Of a stretch of DNA of 64,000 nucleotides, positions 48,325-55,766 are shown piece after piece; position 1 is the stretch's first letter; every line of letters begins with the position of its first letter. The notes under the pieces are model-generated. The model searched no databases, was not told the origin of the DNA, and saw only the letters and a list, made by a program, of their open reading frames with translations. A program made the translations under genes and the position numbers. Origin of the DNA: Gemmatimonadales bacterium (lineage in GTDB: Bacteria; Gemmatimonadota; Gemmatimonadetes; Gemmatimonadales; GWC2-71-9); assembly GCA_037189525.1 (NCBI GenBank), contig JBBCJC010000005.1, positions 896,001-960,000 of the forward strand, read 5' to 3'.

Positions 48325-49944
48325 TTACGCCGACTTGTTCTGCACGAGCCCCTGCAGCTCGGCGGCCATCCTCGTGAGCTCCGCCGACGCCTTGAGCGAG
48401 TCGTTGGCGCCCTGCGAGGTCGCGATCGCCGCCTGCGCGACGGCCGTGATGTTCTCGGCGATCTCCGCCGAGCCCTTGGCCGCTTCGCCCACGTTACGGC
48501 TCATCTCGTTCGTGGTCGCGGTCTGCTCCTCCACCGCGCTCGCGATCGTGGTCTGGATCTCCGCGATCCGGTTGATCACGCTGGAGATCTCCTGAATCGC
48601 GGTGACCGAGCCGGCGGTATCCTGCTGGATCGCCTCGATCTTCTGGCTGATGTCCTCGGTGGCCTTGGCGGTTTCCTTGGCCAGCTCCTTGACCTCGTTG
48701 GCCACGACCGCGAAGCCCTTGCCGGCCTCACCCGCGCGCGCCGCTTCGATCGTGGCGTTGAGCGCGAGGAGGTTGGTCTGCTGCGCAATCGAGGTGATCA
48801 CCTTGATGACCTTACCGATCTCGGCGCTCGATTCACCCAGCTTGGCGATGGTGCCGTTGGTCGTCTCCGCCGCCCGGACGGCCTGACCGGCCACCCGTGA
48901 CGCCTCGGAAGCGTTGGAGGCGATTTCGCGAATGCTCGCGCTCATCTGCTCCGTACCGGTCGCGACCGTGACGACGTTCTTGCTGACCTGCTCCGACGCC
49001 GCCGACACCACATTGGCCTGCGCCGCGGTCTCCTCGGCGTTGGCGCTCATCTGCTGGCTCACGGTGTTGAGCTCTTCCGCGGCCGCCGCGAGCGACGTGG
49101 CGCTCTCACGCACCTTGCGCTCCAGTTCGACCTTGGCCGTGATGATTTCCCACGTCACCATCGGGCCCACGTAGGTGCCGGTGGAGTCGTAGATCGCGCT
49201 CGCCAGGAGGTCCAGGGTCTCCGGACCAACCCGGATCTCGGCACGATGCGGCAGGTTCTTCGGGTCGCCCAGGAGCCGGCGCTGATGCGACGGATCCTTG
49301 TGGAAGATGTCGATGTTCGAACCGAGCACCTGCGCCGCCTTCACGGGGAGCCACTGCTCGATCGAGGCAAGCGTCTTGGTCGACGCCGGATTCATGTACT
49401 GGATCCGGAGATCGCGGTCCGCCATCATCACGTTCATGGGCGCGTTCTCCATCATGGTCATCGCGAGCGCGGCTCTCTTGGTGGCCGAGATGTCCGACGC
49501 GAACTTGACGACCTTGAACGGCCGGCCCGCCTGATCGACGATCGGGTTATAGGACGCCTGGATCCAGACTTCCTTTCCGCCCTTACCGAACCGCTTGAAC
49601 TCCGCCACCTGCGCTTTGCCCGCGCCAAGGTCCTGCCAGAACGTCTGGTATTCCCGGGACGTGGCGTACTCGGGGTCGACGAAGAGCCGGTGATGCTGGC
49701 CCTTGATCTCCTCGAGCCGGTAACCCAGCACGGCGAGAAAATTATCGTTGGCCGTGATGACGGTACCATCGAGTTCGAACTCGATGACCGCCTGCGTCTT
49801 ATTGACGGCGTCGAGCTTCGAGTTGAGCTCGTTCAGTTCGTCCGCAGCGATCTCGACCGTCTCCGATTGTCCGGTGAGCTCGGCTACTCCCTGGCTAATG
49901 TCCGCAGCCCGGCGATTCCGGGCGGGTGCAGTCGCTTGCTTCAT
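48325..49944 (-). CDS. Soluble methyl-accepting chemotaxis protein with two PAS domains
   Basis: No TM; PAS1 AVIEFELDG...[11 protein letters not shown]2 NVMMAD...[11 protein letters not shown]; signalling hairpin [30 protein letters not shown]. Confidence 0.93.
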   Translation of the reverse strand: MKQATAPARNRRAADISQGVAELTGQSETVEIAADELNELNSKLDAVNKTQAVIEFELDGTVITANDNFLAVLGYRLEEIKGQHHRLFVDPEYATSREYQTFWQDLGAGKAQVAEFKRFGKGGKEVWIQASYNPIVDQAGRPFKVVKFASDISATKRAALAMTMMENAPMNVMMADRDLRIQYMNPASTKTLASIEQWLPVKAAQVLGSNIDIFHKDPSHQRRLLGDPKNLPHRAEIRVGPETLDLLASAIYDSTGTYVGPMVTWEIITAKVELERKVRESATSLAAAAEELNTVSQQMSANAEETAAQANVVSAASEQVSKNVVTVATGTEQMSASIREIASNASEASRVAGQAVRAAETTNGTIAKLGESSAEIGKVIKVITSIAQQTNLLALNATIEAARAGEAGKGFAVVANEVKELAKETAKATEDISQKIEAIQQDTAGSVTAIQEISSVINRIAEIQTTIASAVEEQTATTNEMSRNVGEAAKGSAEIAENITAVAQAAIATSQGANDSLKASAELTRMAAELQGLVQNKSA

Positions 49945-50035
49945 ACCTTCCCCTTTCTGACCCCGGCCTGGCCGGCGTTGGTTGTGACGATTGACGACAT
50001 GGTTTGTTTCGGGTTCATATTGCTTGGAATCTGCT

Positions 50036-50491
50036 TCACGGCCGTCCCACGCCCGCCATGAGCAACGAGGCGTGTTCGGCCGGCTGGTCGAGATCTTCTA
50101 CCTGCGCATACGTCGGTTCGGGCGACGAGATCATGTAGCTGGTGGCGTAGTTTGCCAGTCGTAACACCACGAAGGCCATGCCCAGGTATCGATGCGCCAG
50201 GTGGGATGAGACGCCCGATCGCAGCTTCCGGACACCCAGGCCGACCTGGACGAGATAGATCAGCAGCACCAGCACCGAGGCGACGATGTGGAAGGTCAAC
50301 ACCGCACCGAGCGGCGCGGTGGTGACTTTCTCGACGGCGGACCGGGTCAACTCGATGTAGAGCACCAGCCCCAGGTCCACGACGAGCGCGGCGACCATGA
50401 ACGCGAGATGGATTCTCGCGCGGCGGCGGAAGTACAAGCCGAGTCCGACCAGGACCAGCACCAAGGTGGAGAATGCATGCAACCCGGTCAT
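50036..50491 (-). CDS. Small 4-TM membrane protein with His residues (DUF420-like)
   Basis: Four hydrophobic helices; His at about 5, 28, 68, 97 and 100; ATGA overlap with cheW. Confidence 0.7.
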   Translation of the reverse strand: MTGLHAFSTLVLVLVGLGLYFRRRARIHLAFMVAALVVDLGLVLYIELTRSAVEKVTTAPLGAVLTFHIVASVLVLLIYLVQVGLGVRKLRSGVSSHLAHRYLGMAFVVLRLANYATSYMISSPEPTYAQVEDLDQPAEHASLLMAGVGRP

Positions 50492-50928
50492 TTTGCACTG
50501 GCCGGCTCGAGAGCCGTTGCCCGGGCCGTGTCGAGCACGAGCAGCAGGCGGCTGGGGAGCTTGTAGACGCCATTGATCAGAATCTTGGCGCTCGGCGGCA
50601 GCGTTTCGGGCGTCGGTTCGTAGCTTTCGTCCGAGGCTTCGATCACGTCGCCGATCTCGTCGACGAGGAGACTAATGGCGCCGTCGTCGCTCCGCACGAC
50701 GACATTCATCGGCTCGACGCCTTCGGGACGCGGCGCCAGGCTCAGCCGGGTCCGCAAGTCGATCGCGGTGACGATCTGGCCGCGCAGATTGATCAGCCCG
50801 TTCACAGCCGGCGGTGCGAGCGGTACCCGGGTCACTTGCAAGCTGCGAATCACTTCCTGGACTTGCAGTACGTCGACGCCGAAGTACAGATCGTTCACGT
50901 AGAACGTACAGAACTGTTGCGTGGCCAT
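50488..50928 (-). CDS. cheW: Chemotaxis coupling protein
   Basis: VQEVI...TRVPLAP...GLINLRGQIV...LLVDEIGDV motifs. Confidence 0.95.
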   Translation of the reverse strand: MATQQFCTFYVNDLYFGVDVLQVQEVIRSLQVTRVPLAPPAVNGLINLRGQIVTAIDLRTRLSLAPRPEGVEPMNVVVRSDDGAISLLVDEIGDVIEASDESYEPTPETLPPSAKILINGVYKLPSRLLLVLDTARATALEPASAK

Positions 50929-50930
50929 GG

Positions 50931-53246
50931 TTATCCCTCCGCCCCGGCGCCGGCCGGCACGCGGCTATCGACGTGATTCAAGCCTGCCAGACCGACCACC
51001 GCTTCGATGTCGAGCAGGTCGGTGACGCGATCCTGGACGACCGCCGAACCCGCGACGGCTCGCCCGTTGGAGCGGCGATCCACCACGATCTGTTGTTCCA
51101 CGATATCGGTGATCTGATCGACCATGAGGCCGATGCTCTGGCCGCGATGGGCGTACACGACGACCTGAATCGGGTCCTCGATCTCGTTATGCCGGGTAAC
51201 CCCGTCGAGGATCTCGTCCAAGCGCACCAAGGGCATGATCTCACCGCGGTATTGCACAACGCGCCGTGTGCCCGCGAGTTCGGTCGACGCCACCGGGAAC
51301 TCCTCCAGCCGGGCAATCTCGGAGAGCGGCACCGCCAGCCGGCGATCCTGGCCCGCGCGGAACAGGAGCAGAGTCCGCCGATCGCCGTCGTCGCTCGCGG
51401 TGCCGGCGGTTGCCTCGGTTCGGGCCCGATCGTGTTCCGATTGCAGTACGCCCGACTGCTGCGCCAGACCGCCCACATCGAGAATCAACGCCACTTTGCC
51501 GTCGCCCATGATGGTTGCTCCCGCAAAGGCCGCGATCCCCTTGAGCTGCTTGGCGAGCGGCTTGACCACGATTTCTTCGGTATCGTTGATCTCGTCCACC
51601 ACCAGGCCGAACTGGGTCCCGTCGGCCTGAAGCACCACCACGTTCACCGCTTCGCGCCCGGCGACATCCCACCGCTCCGCCGTACAGCCCAGCGCGTGAT
51701 TGAGCACCACGAGCGGAAGGAGATTGCCCCGGAGCCGGTACACCGGCGCTCCGTAAATCAACTCGATGCTGCGTCCGATTTCCTCGCCCTCGAGGCGGAC
51801 CAATTCGAGCAGGCTCACCTGCGGAATGGCGTAGCGGTCGCCGTGCGAAGTCACGATGAGGCCCGGGATGATCGCCAGCGTCAGCGGAATCCGAATCCGC
51901 AGCGTGGTTCCCTGCCCCGTCACGCTGTTCACATCGACCGTGCCACCGATCTTCTCGATGTTGGTCTTGACGACGTCCATGCCGACTCCGCGACCCGACA
52001 CGTTCGTGACCTTGGCCGCCGTCGAAAACCCGGGCGCGAAGATCAGGTTGAACGCCTCACGGTCGTTGAGCCGCCCCGCCTGCTCGGTCGTGAGCAGTCC
52101 CTTCTGGACGGCTTTCTGCTTGATCACGGCGGGATCGATCCCGCCACCGTCATCGCTGATCTCGATGTTGACCTGCCCGCCCTCATGGAAGGCGCGCATG
52201 AAGATCCGACCCTCGGCCGGCTTGCCGCGCGCGAGCCGGACGTCCGGCGCTTCGATGCCGTGGTCGGCCGAGTTGCGGACGATATGGGTGAGCGGATCCT
52301 TGATGGCTTCGATGATGGTCTTGTCGAGCTCGGTCTCCTTGCCTTCCATCTCCAGCCGGATCTGCTTACCACAGCTCGAGGCGAGGTCGCGCACGACGCG
52401 CGGGAACTTGCTCCAGACGTTGCCGATCGGCTGCATCCGCGTCTTCATGACGCCTTCCTGCAGCTCGGTGGTAATCAGGTTGAGTCGCTGCGACGTGGCG
52501 CCGAGCGTGTGATCGGCGCTGGTCGTGAGGTGCTGCAGGATCTGGTTCCGGGCCAGCACCAGCTCGCCTACCAGATTCATCAGCCGGTCGAGGAGACCCA
52601 CGTCGACGCGAATGGTGCTATCGGCGACGGACGAGGCGGCCCGGCTCCCTTCCGCCGCTTGCGTTTCCAGCACCTCGGCGATGACCTGCGGCGGCACCTG
52701 GGCCTGCTCGACCAGGATCTCGCCGATGTGGCGCGGGTCGCCGGAGAGCTGCCGTTCGGCGGCCTCCCGGACATCGTCCTGCGTCACGAGCCCCCGTTCC
52801 ACTAGATGGTCTCCCATGTTCTTGGGCGACCCGGCCTCATCGGGAGCCGACGACGCCGCCTGATCCTCCTGCAGCGCCGTGAGCCGCGCAATCAGGGCGG
52901 TATAGTCGACCTCCCCCTCCGCGCCGGTCGACTCGATGCTCCCCAACATCTGACGCAGGGCATCGACCAGCTGAAGCAGCGCACTGGTTCGTTCCGGGGT
53001 TAGATCCCGGACCCCGTCCCGCAGCAGCGAGAGCAGGTTTTCACCGACGTGGCTCACCGATTCGAGCTTCTTCAAGCCCAGAAAGCCGCAGGTCCCTTTG
53101 ATTGTATGGACGCAGCGGAAAATCCGGGCAAGCAGCTCCTGATCCTTGGGACGCTGCTCCAGCGCGACCAGGTCGCGATCGAGCTGGTCGAGGCCTTCAT
53201 TGCTCTCGACCAGGAACTCCCTCGTGATTTCATCTAGCTCGTGCAT
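50931..53246 (-). CDS. cheA: Chemotaxis histidine kinase with MshEN-like insert and two CheW domains
   Basis: HPT (FRCVHTIKG), dimerisation (LMNLVGELV), HATPase (RNSADHG, GFSTA, SGRGVGMDVV), P5 and an extra CheW domain. Confidence 0.96.
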   Translation of the reverse strand: MHELDEITREFLVESNEGLDQLDRDLVALEQRPKDQELLARIFRCVHTIKGTCGFLGLKKLESVSHVGENLLSLLRDGVRDLTPERTSALLQLVDALRQMLGSIESTGAEGEVDYTALIARLTALQEDQAASSAPDEAGSPKNMGDHLVERGLVTQDDVREAAERQLSGDPRHIGEILVEQAQVPPQVIAEVLETQAAEGSRAASSVADSTIRVDVGLLDRLMNLVGELVLARNQILQHLTTSADHTLGATSQRLNLITTELQEGVMKTRMQPIGNVWSKFPRVVRDLASSCGKQIRLEMEGKETELDKTIIEAIKDPLTHIVRNSADHGIEAPDVRLARGKPAEGRIFMRAFHEGGQVNIEISDDGGGIDPAVIKQKAVQKGLLTTEQAGRLNDREAFNLIFAPGFSTAAKVTNVSGRGVGMDVVKTNIEKIGGTVDVNSVTGQGTTLRIRIPLTLAIIPGLIVTSHGDRYAIPQVSLLELVRLEGEEIGRSIELIYGAPVYRLRGNLLPLVVLNHALGCTAERWDVAGREAVNVVVLQADGTQFGLVVDEINDTEEIVVKPLAKQLKGIAAFAGATIMGDGKVALILDVGGLAQQSGVLQSEHDRARTEATAGTASDDGDRRTLLLFRAGQDRRLAVPLSEIARLEEFPVASTELAGTRRVVQYRGEIMPLVRLDEILDGVTRHNEIEDPIQVVVYAHRGQSIGLMVDQITDIVEQQIVVDRRSNGRAVAGSAVVQDRVTDLLDIEAVVGLAGLNHVDSRVPAGAGAEG

Positions 53247-53372
53247 TCAGTCTCTCACGCAAACGGGTTCCCAAGGGCCCGGCTGTCGCCGACCGCCCCG
53301 ATCGTCCTCGGTTCTGCCGCGGTGGCCCGCAGCCTCGTGAAGATTGCCGGACAGAAATCTTCGCTAACCCAA

Positions 53373-53390
53373 CATGAAGAAATCTTCATG
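53373..53390. promoter_or_regulatory. Palindromic site upstream of cheA
   Basis: CATGAAGA-AA-TCTTCATG (8-2-8); overlaps a sigma54-like TGGCATG-N4-TTTCT on the minus strand. Confidence 0.45.
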
Positions 53391-53550
53391 CCACAATCGT
53401 GCAGATTCGTTCACCCCGTGGTTTTGCCGCTTCGCAAGGTTCAACCCCGGAAAGTCGTGCCGAAAATAGCCCACTTTTTCCTACCACTCGGAAGAAAGTG
53501 GTCCACTCCGTCGGGCATTTTCAGCATATCGATGTGATATTTTCGATGGG

Positions 53551-54807
53551 TCAGTCGACGATCTGGAGGCCGACGAGGATCTGTTCTCGCGCAGCAGAGC
53601 GAAAAGCTGCATAATGCGGCCAGGATGTCGCAGCCTTCGCAGGCGCGTCGGTGACGTTCGTAGGCAAGCCCATCTTGAGATCGAGGTCCCGCAGCAGCAG
53701 CGACGCGCGAATCCGCCCGGCCAGGGTATTGGTGAGCTCGTTGAGCACGTCGACGGCGCCTTCCTCGAGGGTCAACTCGGTACCGAGCATCTTGGCCGAC
53801 AGGCTGAGCACGGAGGGCTCGTCGCTGAGCAGCGAGACCTCGAGCCTTACCTTGGACTCGTCCGAGCCCAGGACCAGCGTCGAGCGGATCGGCAGCGCCA
53901 GGGTCGCGGCCTCTTCGGCATCGAGCTGGACGAGCTCCTGGCCGATCAGAACGCCGATCGTCTGCTGGGTAGCCGACAGCACCTCCGGCTCCAGTTCACC
54001 CTCCAGAAGCGCCGTCAGCTTCTCCTGGGGAGACATCGACTTGAGCACCACCCGCTGGATCGCCGCCGTGAACTGTTCGGGCACGAACGTCTTCTTGAGC
54101 ACGCCGCTGAAGAGTTTGGCTTTCTCGGGGTCGACCGAATCGGCCTGCGTCGTGAGGTAGATCTCCGGCGGATCGGCCTTGAGCCGCGCGGCAATCCGAC
54201 CCAGCGTCTCGATCATCTGGATCTCGCTGAGCAGCGGCAACCCCTCGGGTACCAGCACGACGCGCGGCGTCGGATTGCGCTCCTGGAAGAGCGACGCCGC
54301 CTTGGGCGCCGAGGTCGCCTCGAGCACGTCGAAGTGCGCGGCCAGCAAGGGTTTGGCAAACGCCAGGAAGTTCGGATCCGTCTCCACCAGCAGCATCTCG
54401 GTGGCCGCGCCCGCCGGGGCGCGCTGCCGCCAGCGATCGGCATTCTTGAGCACGGCGCGAAGCCGTGGCACCGCGATGTCCGGACGGAGGGGTTTAAGCA
54501 GGAAATCGCTGATCCCGATCTGGATCAGCTCCCGAATCACTACATCGTCGCTCACGGCGGAGATACAGACGACCGGGATGTCCCGGTACTTCTCCGAGGA
54601 ACGGATCGCGCGGAGGGTCTCGAGGCCGTTCAGGATCGGCATTTCGATGTCGATCACAAGGAAGTCGACCTTGGTCTTGCCGTCTTCGAGCATCGAGAGC
54701 AACTCGAGGCCGTTCTCGGCTTCGCGCGTCTCGACATCGAGCTGCTGCAGCACCCGCCGCAGCACGGTGCGCATGCTTCGCTCGTCGTCGGCAATCAGCG
54801 CGAGCAC
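53551..54807 (-). CDS. Response regulator: REC + degenerate REC + CheX-like phosphatase domain
   Basis: Probable GTG start at 54807 with GGAG RBS; IADDE, IDIEMP and KP motifs; second REC-like MLLVETD...LKK; C-terminal DVLNELTNTLAG...MGLP. Confidence 0.8.
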   Translation of the reverse strand: MLALIADDERSMRTVLRRVLQQLDVETREAENGLELLSMLEDGKTKVDFLVIDIEMPILNGLETLRAIRSSEKYRDIPVVCISAVSDDVVIRELIQIGISDFLLKPLRPDIAVPRLRAVLKNADRWRQRAPAGAATEMLLVETDPNFLAFAKPLLAAHFDVLEATSAPKAASLFQERNPTPRVVLVPEGLPLLSEIQMIETLGRIAARLKADPPEIYLTTQADSVDPEKAKLFSGVLKKTFVPEQFTAAIQRVVLKSMSPQEKLTALLEGELEPEVLSATQQTIGVLIGQELVQLDAEEAATLALPIRSTLVLGSDESKVRLEVSLLSDEPSVLSLSAKMLGTELTLEEGAVDVLNELTNTLAGRIRASLLLRDLDLKMGLPTNVTDAPAKAATSWPHYAAFRSAAREQILVGLQIVD

Positions 54808-55270
54808 GAGTCGACTCCGCGCCGGCCGGCCCCAAAGGCCTCGAACCGATATCGTCTTCGCAGCGCTCGCGGGCATGCGTGCCCTGCCGGCGCCCCGGTC
54901 TTTTTTGGTGTGTACTGCTGTATTCGCATGTTCCTCGCTTCGACCGTAGCAATCGGCTATCGACGGACCGCGTCCCTGGCCGATCGTCCGTGTCTGGCGT
55001 ACCCATCAGACATTATGTCGCACGGCGCCCGGGTCGGCGTCGTACCAGTTCGGGGGCAACCATCGCATGCCTGGTGCCACGCCGGCCGGAAAGCTCGTGC
55101 TGACGAGTCCGGCTATACTCCCTGCGATGTGATTGCTGGACGTTTCATCCTGGACCGGCACGCAACAGGTCCCCCGGACGCCCCGGTTCTTCGGGCCTAG
55201 GTATCGGAGAGAAGGTTGCCGAGCTTTAAAGTTCGCCTTGTTGAACAACGCCCGGGCGACGGGAGGCCCC

Positions 55271-55495
55271 ATGCAACCCTACGGCAACCGAAGCGGTCGA
55301 TCGGGAGTCACCCACTACGAAATCGGGCCCGATTTCATTCGGGTCCGGTTTGGGACGCCGACGATATACGTCTACGACTACACCATACCGGGTAAGGATG
55401 CCGTCGAGCACATGAAGGAGCTGGCGCGCACGGGTCGCGGGCTCAGCACCTATATCAGCCAACACATCCGGGAGCGATACGTCCGCACGGAATAG
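55271..55495 (+). CDS. Small conserved hypothetical protein (KTSC-like)
   Basis: GGAGG RBS; SGVTHYEIG.DFIRVRF...YVYDY...MKELA..GRGLSTYI pattern. Confidence 0.65.
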   Translation: MQPYGNRSGRSGVTHYEIGPDFIRVRFGTPTIYVYDYTIPGKDAVEHMKELARTGRGLSTYISQHIRERYVRTE

Positions 55496-55766
55496 GTTCA
55501 CTCGCGCGTCAGCAAATTACCGATGAGTGAAGTCGGAATTTTCTCTCGTCCTTAAATTTCTCAATCCTCCAGAACGGCAGTCGGTACGTGCGCGCACGCG
55601 CGTGCGCTCATGAAGACGGCCTCATAGTCACTCAACGTTCACTTCACGCCCTCCCCGAGAGATTCCGGCGCCAACATCGTCATCCCCCTCACCCCTGAGG
55701 GGGACCGGTGCAGTACCGGTGGACCCCGGGGGTCCGACGATCAGGATCACGACAAGGAGATCGGGT

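Noticed and set aside
50814..52805. 663-aa plus-strand ORF
   Set aside because: Antisense shadow of cheA.
54840..54990. Sigma28-like GCCGAT/GTCGATA elements upstream of the REC-CheX gene
   Set aside because: No convincing -35 element at the proper spacing.
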